This document shows positions 50,978 to 63,826 of a stretch of DNA of 64,000 bases, in pieces; position 1 is the stretch's first letter, and each line of letters opens with the position of its first letter. This DNA comes from Octopus sinensis (Eukaryota), in the NCBI RefSeq assembly GCF_006345805.1, contig NC_043000.1:5022001-5086000 (forward strand), read 5' to 3'. The notes below the pieces were generated by a model, which saw only the letters and a list, made by a program, of their open reading frames with translations, was not told the origin of the DNA and did no database searches. Made by a program: the position numbers and the translations under genes.

Positions 50978-51170
50978 CGTGCGGGTGGCACGTAAAAAGC
51001 ACTCACTACACTCACGGAGTGGTCGGCGTTAGGAAGGGCATCCAGCCGTAGAAACACTGCCAGATTTGACTGGGCCTGATGAAGCCTTCTGGCTTCACAG
51101 ACCCCAGTAGAACCGTCCAACCCATGCTAGCATGGAAAACGGACGCTAAACGATGATGATGATGATGATA
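50978..51170 (+). mobile_element. Family G retroposon, young subfamily
   Basis: Near-identical to the 3' part of 39996-40317. Confidence 0.88.
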
Positions 51171-51504
51171 ATGATAATGTACAAATTGCGTTTTTGTAAA
51201 AATATATATATCATAATCATTTTAATATGCACTTTTCCATGCTTACATGGTTTGATGGTGCTTATTGGGCCAAAGTGTCTACAGCTGGAGGCTCTTCCTG
51301 TTGCCAATCCTCACCTGTTTCCAAATATGGTCATTCATATTAACATACATATTCTGTGTATTTTTTATGTTTGCATTTATTCTTTCATTCCAGTAATTGT
51401 TTCAATCATTTGACTCGGGTTCGACCTCAGCGCTTTCAAGCAATTGTGTAAAAAATCATTTTTCGAAAGAAAAAACAACATATATATATATGTGTGTGTG
51501 TGTA

Positions 51505-51670
51505 TACAATGGGCTTCTTTCAGTTTCCGTCTACCGTATCTACTCACAAGGCTTTAGTCAGCTCAGGGCTATAGTAGAAGACATTTGACCAAGGTGCCAT
51601 GCAGTGGGACTGAACCTGGAACCATTTGGTTGGGAAGCAAGCATCTTACCACACAGCCATACCTGCGCCT
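51505..51670 (-). mobile_element. SINE family A head
   Basis: Homology. Confidence 0.85.
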
Positions 51671-51925
51671 ACAAAGTTATCTAAATCTACTTATTTCTAG
51701 GAGTGGCTTCAAACTTTCCATCCCAGTTCTTATGTAACTTTGGACTTTTGATGGTGATCTTTACTATGTATGTAAATGCTTACCCAGATAAGTTCGCACT
51801 TTGCTTTAGGAGCTCTGAGCAAGTTATGAAGTGATGTACAACCACTCAGCTTTGAGTGCACTACATCTTATAGCAGAAACAACTGTAAGTTAATGAAGTT
51901 GATTATGTAGTCCTGTTCCCTTGTC

Positions 51926-51992
<67 letters not shown>

Positions 51993-52155
51993 AACATATA
52001 TATGCATATATACAGACACACACATATATATATATAGAGAGAGATATATAATTTAAATTATTATTTAAAAGTGTATCTTGAAGTGAAGAGCTATAAATAA
52101 TGTCTTGTAGTAAACTGGTTTAAATAGACAAATATATACATGTATGATAGATTGG

Positions 52156-52330
52156 TAGCCACAAAACACATTTATTTTCTCTCCTTGTTTTTTTTTTCTA
52201 TGTCCCTTTCTGTAGAAGAGTGTAGGCTCAAAACATAACAGACTTTTTCTATTCCTGAGCATTATACTAATACATCTGTTTGTTTTCTACACCACCTGTC
52301 TTCGTCTTTTGTTTTTTTCGTGAACTCTCC
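52156..52330 (+). mobile_element. Penelope-like terminal fragment with hammerhead-like motif
   Basis: CTGTAGA-A-GAGT-GTAG-GCTC-AAAACATA at 52210-52237; runs into (TA)n; homologue of 31814-31985. Confidence 0.65.
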
Positions 52331-52934
52331 TATATATATATAATATATATATATATATATGTGTGTATGTATGTATGTATGTATATATAAAAGCTGTAAT
52401 ATTTGCATTAGATCAATATTGCGTTAAGAATAGAATTAAGCCAATGGTATGTCATATCTGTAACTTAACTTTTCTCTCCTAATTAAATATTTTCCAATTA
52501 CTTAATACTCCTAATTATCTGGTCAAAGTATACCCTGCATTTCTTTGTAAGAAAGTAACCTGGATTTATATAGTTCCGCTTACCCTATCCTTCATCAATC
52601 ATTACTTTTACTCTTCTCCCTTTTTAACGAATTCGGTTAGCTCTCGTTATAAGCCGATTAGCAAAATAAAAATATGTTATATTGCTCTTATCTATACCAA
52701 GATTTATACCAGGAATCAATGACAAATGTTCCCCGTAGCATATATTGATTCCTCCATGTCTTGATATCACTGAAGTACGTGAAAAAGAAACAATCATCAT
52801 CACCATCATTATCATTATTATCGTCTTTCAACATCTGTTTTCTATGTTGGCATGGGTTAGATGGGTTGACGGGATGCAACCAATCATGGCACTGTGTTGT
52901 CTTCTCTGACGTGGTTTCTGTGACTAGATTGTGA

Positions 52935-53570
52935 AAGTGTGGGGCTTAGTGTTTTGGGATATTCAGTTCACAATTGTAAGGTTGTGAGTTCAATTACTGG
53001 TGGGGTGTTATGTCCTGGGGCAGAATACTTTATTTCATGTTGCTCCAGTCTGCTCAACTGGCAAAAGTAAGTAGTACCTGTATTTCAAAGGAGTCAGTCT
53101 TGTCACATTCTGTGTCACGTGGAGGCACAATGCCTAGTGGTTAGAGCAGCAAACTCGCAGCCGAGGGATCGCGGGTTCGAATCTCAGACCAAGTGATCTG
53201 TGTGTTTATGAGCGAAACACCTAAGCTCCACGTGGCTCCGACGGAAGGTAATGGCGAACTTCTGCTGACTCTTTTGCCACAACTTTCTCTCACTCTTTCC
53301 TTGTGCATCTTGCAGCTCACCTGCGACAGACCAGCGTCCCATCCAGGTGGGAGACCTATACACCAAGGAAACCAGGAAACAGGCCCTTATGAGCCAGGCA
53401 TGGCTCGAGAAGGAACAAACAACAACATTCTGTGTCTTGCTGAAGAAAACTATGTTAGGGGTATATATGCCTGTGGAGTGCTCAGCCACTTGTATATTAA
53501 TGTCATGAGCAAGCTGTTCTGTTGATCAGATCATCTGGAACCCTTCTCATTGTAACTGATGGAGTGCCAT
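52935..53570 (+). mobile_element. Old SINE with B head + C tail, interrupted
   Basis: ACTTTATTTCATGTTGCTCCAGT (B module) followed by GTACCTGTATTTCAAAGG...GTGGAGTGCTCAGCCACTT (C tail). Confidence 0.75.
53119..53424 (+). mobile_element. SINE with C-like head + E-like tail, 12 bp TSD
   Basis: ACATTCTGTGTC at 53105-53116 and 53425-53436. Confidence 0.85.
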
Positions 53571-53817
53571 TCTTTATGGCTGGAAGACTATCCTAATGCC
53601 AACTACTATACAGAGTGTACTGGGTGCTTACTTCATTGCATCAGTACTGGTGAGGTTACCATGTAATTTGCATTACTAAGATCCCTTTCGACTCAGAGGG
53701 ACTACAATAGAGGAGGAGGCAGCAGCTTTACACCAGATGATAACGAGTTACAGTATGAGGGAAAGAGCCCAGAAAAAGATTCTAGCTGTTGAGGAGGTAA
53801 CACAATGCATCATCATC

Positions 53818-53868
<51 letters not shown>

Positions 53869-53994
53869 TAAAATTTATATCGTAGATGTTAACAACAAAT
53901 TCATTTTAATTTCCAGTGTCATAAACAAACACTAAAATCCACTGTCAAATGGGAAATATTTCATTTGCTTTGTCTAATTCTAAAAGAAGACTAC

Positions 53995-54366
53995 ATATGC
54001 ATGCATGCATGTATGTATGTATGTATGTATGTATGTATGTATGTATCTATGCATGCATGTATGTATGTATGTATGTATGTATGTATGTATGTATGTATGT
54101 ATGTATAAGTTTATGTATGTATGTGTCTGTTTGTCTCTCGGTATGTCTGTTCATCCGTCTATCTATCTATCTATTTACCTACCTACCTACCTACCTACCT
54201 ACCTGTCTATGTGTCTGTCTGTCAATTTGTCTGTCTGTCTATCTATCTATACACACACACACACACATATATATATACATTCATATACATACGTAAATAC
54301 ATACATACATACATACATACATACATACATACACACACACACACGCACACACACATATACACACGC
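53995..54366. repeat. (TATG)/(CTAC)/(CATA) tetranucleotide field
   Basis: Direct reading. Confidence 0.95.
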
Positions 54367-54930
54367 ATTTAATAACTATATTATACCTATCTTAATTGCA
54401 TGAAACCACCTAAGAGGGTTATTAAGTTCTCTGAATCAAATGTTTGTACATATTTCTTTAATCTATAACAGATAAATTTTTTTTAATTCTATTTTGCATA
54501 TTGGTATAATTTTTCATTCTTTTTGTTATTAAGTAACTTCTACCAAGCTTTTTTTCTTCACACATTATTTACTTTTTGTTTTCTTTTTCTTTCTTTTTTT
54601 TTCCACTTCACAATGAATAATGCCGACCAATATAATGTACCCTCTTATTTTTTCCTCTCATATCTGCTACAATAAATTATAAACAAATATAAACTGTCAA
54701 AACAAATAACAACAGATAAACCTTTTATCCTAAACTACACACACACACACACACACATACACACATGTACATACATACATATATATATGTATGTATAGAC
54801 ACATAAATACATACATACACACATATATATATATATACATATGTGTGTGTGTGTGTGTCGAGAGAGTGAGAGTAGATAAAAGCAAAGCATTCCCTTGAAA
54901 TAAATCTCCACCAAATATTTATTATTATTA

Positions 54931-54981
<51 letters not shown>

Positions 54982-55109
54982 ATTCACTGCTTCTGCTTCT
55001 TTCTATTTTCGCATGAAACCCCACAGCCGGAATAAAAATGAATTTCACAAGAACAAAACACTATGTGTGTGTGTGTGTTATTGTGTATGCACACCCCACC
55101 ACACACACA

Positions 55110-55110
55110 C

Positions 55111-55145
<35 letters not shown>

Positions 55146-55342
55146 TAGATAGATAGAAAGATAGATAGATAGATAGATATAGAAAGATAAATACATATAG
55201 ATAAACTGATAGACAGACAGAAAAATAAATAGACAGATAGACAGATATACGTATACTATATACACATATACACGCATATATATGTATATATATGTATGTA
55301 TGTATATATATGCATGCATGTATATATATATCTGTACATATA

Positions 55343-55438
<96 letters not shown>

Positions 55439-55474
55439 TGTATATATATATTCATGTATATATATATATGTGTG

Positions 55475-55506
<32 letters not shown>

Positions 55507-55523
55507 ACACACATATATATACA

Positions 55524-55557
<34 letters not shown>

Positions 55558-55610
55558 GTATATATACGTACATACATATAAGTACATATGTATGTATATA
55601 CTTTATATAC
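55110..55610. repeat. (TA)/(GATA) microsatellite field
   Basis: Direct reading. Confidence 0.95.
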
Positions 55611-56044
55611 ATTGCTATCCATTCTAGAAATAGTATATATACATGTCTGGCTGTGTTTCTCTTAGTTTTCATCAGAACCGCATTCTAGTCTGATACAATC
55701 CTTTCAACTGTGCTATTTGTATTGCTTCTTTTTGTTATTGTTTTTAAATATGTAAAAATATTGATTTTCAACAAGGTCTTTTTAATTTTTTTTTTTTACA
55801 TTTTTTCTATTTTTTTTGTTCTTGTTTTGCTTTAGATAAAATACATTTATAAATGCATAGTAAGTAACAAACACTGTTAAGTAAAGCTAAATATATTTAA
55901 TAACAACAGCAAAAAGCACAACTATGTAATGCAGAGAATGAAAGGATGTCTATGTTTTTTGATAACATTTTCCAATGCAAAAAAAGGAAAGAAAACCAAA
56001 AAAAGGAAAACACACAATCAAGATTTTTAAATATAAAATGAACC

Positions 56045-56585
56045 CAACATCACCAGTGCCATAACCATCACTACCACTACATCATCACCACCACTACCAT
56101 CATTGTAATCATCACCACCACCACCAACACCCCCCCCACTTCCACTGCACCACCATCACTACCACCAACACCACCACCACCACCACCACCATCACCATCT
56201 ACACTACCACCATCACCATCAATGCCACCATCAACACCAACACCATCATCACCACCACCACCAACAACACAACTACTACCATTACACCATCACCACCACC
56301 ACCACCACCACCGTCGCCACCACCACCACCACACTATCACTGCTGTTGTCACCACTGCTGCCATCAACACCAACACCATCATCACCACCACCACCACCAC
56401 CATCACTACCATTGCACCACCACCACTACCATTGCACCATCACCATCTCCACTACCACCATCACCATCACAGCTATCATCAACACCACCACCACCACCAC
56501 CATCACTACCACTGCATCATCACCATCTCCACTACCACCATCACCATCACAGCTATCATCAACACCAACACCACCACCATTGCCA
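56045..56585. repeat. Degenerate (CAC/CAT/CAA)n trinucleotide tract
   Basis: Direct reading. Confidence 0.93.
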
Positions 56586-56914
56586 ACTCAAAGAAATAAA
56601 AGCATTATGTTAAAATAAATACAGCCAAAAGAAAAAAAAATTTGATGATTAAGCTTCTTTCAAATAAAGTAAAATTCAAGTAAAACTTTTTGTTGCAAGT
56701 AAATTTTAATAACAGGAGCTGTTTCCAATATCTTAACATAATAGAAGCTCTGTGTGTGTGTGTGAAGGATTGGGGGCTGTTTTTTTTTTCAATTTAATTA
56801 TTATTTATTTTAACTTTGCAGGATGAAAATAGCAGGTCCAACTCTTTCATGTTGCTAGCATTGCTGCCAGTAATCTTGGATGGATACTGTATGAAGCGAA
56901 TCCTTTCCAGTGAA

Positions 56915-57785
56915 CACAAGAATCCATAATGCTTAAATCCAATTTGTATAACAGGGAGTGGCTACTGTAGGTAGATTTTCCTGTAAGAAGCATGTTTGGC
57001 TGTCTGAGAGTTGAATACCATCTAGTAGCCCTGAAAGCTGTCTGGTGACTTGCATGGTGAACAAGCGTTGTGCACTGTCTTTATCCAATGATTGCAAAAA
57101 TCCATAGTGTTTAAATCCAATTTCTATTAATGATTATTTTAAGTAGATTTTCAAGTAAAAAGTTTGTTTGTCTGTTGGAGCAACAGAAGGGGCTGTAGTC
57201 ACCCTTAAGAATGTCTGATGATTTGCATGCTGAACAAGATTTGTGCACTGTCAATATCCCATGACCACAAGAATCCATAATGTTTAAATCCAATTTCTAT
57301 AATAATAAGTGACTATTGTAGGTAGATTTTCCTATAAGAAACATGTTTATCTGCCAGAGTGATGTAGATCATGTAGTCATTTGTAAGGCTGTTTGATGAC
57401 TTTTGTGGTGAACAAGAGTTCTGCACTCTCAATATCCAATGATTACAAGAATCCATAATGTTTAAATCCAATTTCCGTAATAATAAGTGACTACTGCAGG
57501 TAGATTTTCTTATAAGAAGCATGTTTGTTGGAGCAACAAAGAGCAGGTAGTCACCTTTAAGGTTGTCAGATGACTTTCACAGTAAATAAGAGTAGAGCAT
57601 TATCAATATCCAATGATCATACGAATCCATTATGGTTAAATCCAATTTCTATAATAATAAGTGACTATTGTATATATTCCTATAAGAAGCACGTTTGTCT
57701 CTCAGAGCAATGAAGAACATGTAATCACATTTTAGGATGTCTGATGACTTGTGTGGTAAACAAGAGTTGCATGCTGTCAATATCT
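56915..57785. repeat. Five-copy ~176 bp tandem array
   Basis: AATCCAT anchors at 56921, 57099, 57272, 57450 and 57624. Confidence 0.9.
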
Positions 57786-58869
57786 CTCTCTCATCCATGA
57801 TTATGTTCAGTCCAGGGTAAGACCAAGTCAAGATGACCAGGGATAGAGATGGATGTTGTGGCATAAGTGCAGGAATGAAATTTGCTTAGTGGGTACAAAC
57901 CCAGGTCCAGCCCAGGATGTTCAAAGAATTTTCATTGTTCCATAAAAACTTTAGGGAAGGGTGCTTTGTACCTGCTGCTCCCTCTGTTCTTGAGCCAATG
58001 TGCAGTGGACGACCAAGAGGTCTTACTTTTGCCTCATCTTTCTTTCTGCTCTCCACAGTGTGTTGCTGCAGCCACATTCCTCTCTGTTGAACCATGAAGA
58101 TGTCTTCCACAGAGTCTGCTGGATCCAGTCTTTACATGCATGGTTGGGCAAGCCCTAACATGCTAATTACCCTAAAGCTGGGATCTTGATAGGTGTTACT
58201 ACTCTGACAATAATAGTGATTAAAAGGAGGTTCCACACTCTTCATGACCCTGGAACACCTGACACAGGATCCCACTACCAGATACAATTTAAATTGATAC
58301 CCTTGACACAAAGAAGTTTGGAACTAAAAACGGCAACACCATATACTGTAGTTCTATGCTAGCCAGTTACACCATATACTTTATGTAATTATAGCTAAGT
58401 AGTTTTGACTTTTGGTAGTGAAGCATTATCTCTCAGTGGACATGGTATTTGTATTTTCTGTATCAAACACAGAAATTCTAATGAAATTTTGGCAGCTGCC
58501 ATCTACATAGATTTTGAAAGGCTTGCCATATTAATTTCTGACATAGATGCTAAGATTGAAATTTATAAAAAAATACCAGAAAAATGAGTGAATTTGTGAT
58601 AAGGTTTTCTCAGGTTCATTAATACCATGCAAGTGTTATTTGCTCAATGGAAACTGTACAGAAGCCTCTTGTATAAATAGTTCTCACATGCACTCTTGCG
58701 GATACACATGCGTACGTGCACAAGCACACACACACACATGTATGTATATGTATATATATATTGGTATATGCATGCGGTCTGGTGCTTGTTCTCACTATGA
58801 TATTTGTGATTCTTGCATTGTAGACAGGGCTTTTTGTTTCATACATACATACATACATACATATATATA

Positions 58870-58985
58870 TCATTATCATTTAACTCCCGTTGTCCATGCT
58901 GTGCAGGGGTTGGACGGGTTGATCTGAGGTGGAGCACCAGACTCCAGTCTGGTTTGGCATAGTTTCTACAGATGGATGCCCTTCG
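58870..58985 (-). mobile_element. Family G 3' fragment
   Basis: Homology. Confidence 0.7.
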
Positions 58986-60020
58986 TATACATACATGCAT
59001 GCATGTGTGTGTATGTGTGTGAAGTAAAATGTAAAATTGCTTGAACCAATGACTGAAAGTGGGTTGCAGACTAAACTTGCTTTCCACTTTGTGACACTTG
59101 GCACAAAAAGGGTTAATATACTGAGAAGAAAAAATTATGCCTTAAGATTAAAAAAGAAAAAAAATCAACTAGAACAATATTTCTTGCTAAAATAACTAAC
59201 AAAAAGAAAACTGTTTTAAAAGCTTATTCTAAGTCACTCAATTTTTGTTTAAAGTAAATATCTGGTATAAACACATACTAAACATATGGAAAAAAATGCA
59301 CTTATGAGTTGAATGGTGGGTGATGGTGGTGGTAATGTAGGAGGTAGTGATTGTGGTGGTGGTGATTGTAGTGCTGGTGGTGGTTAAAGTGTTCATTATT
59401 AATTTGAGAAATATATAAAAAAAGTTTAAGCTTCTTATATTTTCAAAAATATTATTTGAAAATATTAACTTTAAAGAAATTTCCTTCTATTGTTAAGGGG
59501 AAAAAATTCATTGAAAAACATTTGAAATGAAAAATAAAATAAAATAAAATAAAATAAAAGACATTATACTGAGATGCTGGAATATAACAAGTAACATGAC
59601 TATTGATTCTAATGTTGTTGGCTCATAACGAGAACGTGTGCATGTGTGTGTTTATTTATGTATGTCTATGAGCATACACATTGTGGTTATTCTCATTATG
59701 CTTACCTCATGTATTACCCCACATATTAAAGACAAAACCTCTTTCCCTTTAACCAATTTGATTCATTGGTCTGCTGATGAGACACAAAAGGAGGTTAACA
59801 CATCCAGTAGTATTACTTGCTTTCTTTAGCTGCCACACTTTAACTTCAGTTAAAGAATTAGAACAATTACCTGTCAACAGTTTCATAGGGTAGAACTGGA
59901 CATACAACCACTGCACTCTGAGCTATACTTGAAACGTTCCCTGACTGAGAATTAATCCCAAGCAGCAAAAAATGTATACACATTAGCCAGCTTCAGAGCA
60001 TATGTAGTGTAAGATATAAC

Positions 60021-60539
60021 TAATAAATAAATGCGCCCTTTTAAAGCCTAGCCAGGCTCATGGGCCCGGTTTCTCGGTTTCTATGGTGTATGTGTTCCCC
60101 AGCTGGACGTGATGCCAGTCCATCGCAGCGTTACTCATTTTTGCCAGCTGAGTGGACTGGAGCAACGTGAAATGAAGTGTTTTGCTCAAGAACACAATGT
60201 GTCGCCCGGTCCAGGAATTGAAACCACAATCTTACGATCATGGTGCTGATACCCTAACCACTAAGCCATGCCCCTCCACTAAATAAAAAAATGCACCCTT
60301 TTAAAGCCTAGCCAGGCTCATGGGCCCGGTTTCCTGGTTTCTATGGCGTATGTGTTCCCAAGCTGGATGGGACGCCAGTCCATCGCAGTGTTACTTACTT
60401 TTGCCAGCTGAGTGGACTGGAGCAACATGAAATGAAGTGTTTTGCTCAAGAACACAATGTGTCACCTGGTCCAGGAATCGAAACCACAATCTTAAGATCA
60501 TGATGTTGACACCCTAACCACTAAGCCACGTGCCTGCAC
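60021..60539 (-). mobile_element. Head-to-tail dimer of a B head + E tail SINE within one 15 bp TSD
   Basis: Monomers 60021-60279 and 60280-60539; AGTGTAAGATATAAC at 60006-60020 and 60540-60554. Confidence 0.92.
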
Positions 60540-60837
60540 AGTGTAAGATATAACATATAATAAATGTGGTGCCTTTTACATCAGCAACATCATATATAAA
60601 CTGCATGTCCATGGTAAAGAACATATTCATAAAAATGTTTCTTTTATTAGAAAACATCTCAGAAAAAATTAAAACTATCAATCAACAACAGACAAGAGTT
60701 GTGTGTGGCTAATTAGTGCATAGAACACTACCAACCTAAGTTTGTTCAATGCTTCTCCCATATCCAAAAAGATTGAGAAATTTGAGTAGTGGCCAAATCT
60801 TCAGTTTAGTAAATATTATTAAAAAACTCTAAACATT

Positions 60838-61256
60838 GCATAGGAGCAGCTGTATGGTAAGTAGCTAGCTTACCAACCACATGGTTCTGGGTTCAGTCCC
60901 ACTGCATAGCATCTTGGGCAAGTGTCTTCTACTATAGCTTTGTGCTGACCAAAGCCTTGTGAGTGGATTTGGTAGACGGAAACTGGAAGAAGCCCATCGT
61001 ATATATGTATATATATATGTGTGTGTTTGTGTGTGTATATGTTTGTGTGTCTGTGTTTGTCTCCCCCAACATTGCTTGACAACTGATGGTAGTGTGTTTA
61101 CATTCCTGTAACTTAGCGGTTCAGCAAAAGAGACCAATAGAATAAGTACTAGGCTTACAAAGAATAAGTCCTGGGGTTGATTTGCTTGACTAAAGGTGGT
61201 GCTCCAACATGGCCACAGTCAAATGACTGAAACAAGTAAAAGAGTAAAAAGAGAAA
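60838..61256 (+). mobile_element. SINE family A
   Basis: Homology. Confidence 0.92.
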
Positions 61257-61812
61257 AGGGTATTGTATTGACTGTTATTGTTATCTTTTATTCACAAACT
61301 ATAAGACTAGAGTGTGTGTAGACACACACACACACACACCAGTCTATAGACAGACAAACAAATAGATACAATAGATATGTAGAATACACTGATTCACCTT
61401 GATCTTGTCAGCAGAAAATAAATTTAAGAAAGAATTTTATGAAATTGATTGGAAATACTTAATAGCAGAACAAAATTCCTTTACAGTGCTTTTATGTTTA
61501 TTCTGATTAAGAGAAAATATTTTAAAAATATTTATTAAATTGCTACATAAGACACTTATGCCTAAATAATCAATAACAATTGAAATAAGCCTTATGTAAA
61601 TTGTAAATTGTTGAGAAATATTTTTTTATAAATTAATAGCATTGTAACCTTTTTGTTGCCATATTTCTGTTTAAAATACACAGTATTTGTATTTGTCGTA
61701 ATTAATTTTGAAAATAATGAAGAATTTAGTAAAATAACTTCGTTATGGTGAAGCTGGTCTTTGCAATATAAATCAACATAATGTATTATAGAAGGTTTAA
61801 ATTTAGATAACT

Positions 61813-62212
61813 TTAACCCTTTTGTTAACATATTTCTGTTGAAAATACCCTGCATTTGTTTTAATTCACTTTGATCATCTTGACCGACCAGTCCGTCGGG
61901 CGTCCATTTGACACCGCTGGTCACAGCACGCTGCCCACTTCTCTCTGGATCACACCATTGTCATCCACGTGATCCCAATCACCCTCCTGAAATCGTAACT
62001 CCACCGTCGTGGAGGCCTTCCGAGTGGTCGTTTGTCTTAATTGATTTTGAAAAAATGAAGAATTTAGCAAAATAACTCTGTCGTTGTTAAGCTAATGTTT
62101 GTAATATAAACCAACAAGTATTGATAGAGTTTTAATTTAGATCACTGTAAAATAGGAAGATTCTATCATAGATGTAAAGGTAGCTGCAGGTGGTTTGGTA
62201 TGAAAGGGATTA
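61813..62212. mobile_element. piggyBac-type MITE hosting an RTE fragment
   Basis: CCCTTTTGTTAAC start, GAAAGGG end; related partial copy just upstream (about 61650-61812). Confidence 0.65.
61867..62030 (-). mobile_element. RTE-clade LINE 3' end, 5'-truncated
   Basis: RPLGRPPRRWSYDFRRVIGITWMTMV*SREKWAACCDQRC, the RxxGRPxxRW...W C-terminal pattern of RTE; approximate TSD TTTGTYTTAATT. Confidence 0.8.
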
Positions 62213-62582
62213 AGAAGATAGTTTTCACAGCAAGGACAAGGTGAATACTACACTTAAAGATAACTAGACATAACAAGAACTTAATAGATTCAGCTTCAGA
62301 AGATAGCCTTTAATTAAAGCAGCCATCCTTTTAATGGCTTTTAAGAGCAATTAATTAACATGTTCGTTGAGGCATCGTGGTTGATTGGCCTTTAATAACA
62401 GCTTGGAATGGTTTTATATTATCAATTCCTCCAATGTAATTCTATTCTCATTTAGCAGATGTTGAATAAAGGAATATAGGAATTTCATAAAGACCCATGC
62501 CAAAAGTATGTGTAACCTCTCACCAGCTTCTTTGCTACTATTTATTGTAATTAGAGTTGTTAAGGGAAAAAAAATTGGACAT

Positions 62583-63000
62583 GGCACAGGTGTGGCTGTT
62601 TGGTAAGAAACTTGCTTCCCAATCACATGGTTCTGGGTTCAGTCCCACTACGTGGCACCTTGGGCAAGTGTGTTCTACTATAACCTCAGGCTGACCAAAA
62701 CCTTGTGAGTGGATTTGGTAGATGGGAACTGAAAGAGGTCTGTTGCATATATATCTGTGTGTGTGTGTGTCTAAATCTGTGTTTGTCTTTGTGTCTGTGT
62801 TTGTCCCCCCCCCCCCACCACAGTTTAACAACCAATGTCCATGTGTTTACATCTCCATAACTTAGCATTTCAGCAAAAGAGCTTGATAAAATAAGTACCA
62901 AGCTTAAAAGAAGTACAGAGGTTGATTCATTTGACTAAAAACTGTTCAAGGAGGTACCCCAGCATGGCCACAGTCTAATGACTGAAACAATTAAAAGAAA
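62583..63000 (+). mobile_element. SINE family A
   Basis: Homology. Confidence 0.9.
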
Positions 63001-63382
63001 AACAGTAAAAGAAAAATGCCATAAGAATTAGAAGTTTCTAGAAGCAGACATTTGCTTTTATTTCAAACAGCATAAACTATTTCATTTATTCATTACATTT
63101 CCTTCATGTGAAGATTTCCAGCCTAAAGGTAAAAATGTTGTACTCATGATCATAAGGTCTTGGGCACAATTTTAGAACTTGGTGGTGCATTACCCAAGAT
63201 GCAATGCACTTCATTTTATGTTACTTCAGTTTACTCTGTTAATAAATTTCCAAAACTTGTTGCTGCTATTGTTGCTGCAGATGCCAAACCCATTTTCAAA
63301 AAACATTATTATTAGAATTGTTGTTTCATTGAATGCTAGGTATTTGGATTTGCTTGTGCCATATTCTTGGCATTAGCATATG

Positions 63383-63826
63383 TTAACCTTTTGGTGCCAA
63401 TCTTATTTCTTTATTGCCCACAAGGGGTTAAATATAGAGGGGACAAACAAAGACAGACAAAGGGATTAAGTCGATTACATCGACTCCAGTGCGTAAATAG
63501 TACTTAATTTATTGACCCCGAAAGGATGAAAGGCAAAGTCGACCTCGGCAGAATTTGAACTCAGAACGTAGCGGCAGACGAAATACCACTAAGCACTTCA
63601 CCTGGCGTGCTGACAGTTCTGCCAATATGACTGATACCATCCCTGGATCTATGATACAATCATTTTGTCTTAATGTAATCTAATTTAAAACTTCCAGTCA
63701 AAATTTCATAAGTTTCAGACATCAGCTTAATAATAACAAATTTTTATTAAATTCTTTTATTATTTTCAAAATTCATTGAAAGCAAAGCAGTGTATCTCAA
63801 CAGAAATATGGCAACGAAAGGGTTAA
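63383..63826. mobile_element. piggyBac-type MITE with nested SINE F1 (about 63401-63620, minus)
   Basis: TTAACCTTTTGG start, GAAAGGGTTAA end; TGCCAAT repeated around the SINE. Confidence 0.75.

Noticed and set aside
56222-56618. His/Thr/Pro-rich ORFs
   Set aside because: Degenerate (CAC)n tract is stop-free in several frames by composition
56915-57785. CRISPR-like or coding-repeat reading of the tandem array
   Set aside because: Whole units are homologous with no unique spacers, periods are not consistently multiples of three, eukaryotic context and no cas genes
57830-58275. GC-richer unique stretch with short ORFs on both strands
   Set aside because: No recognisable motif, termini or splice signals; left unannotated
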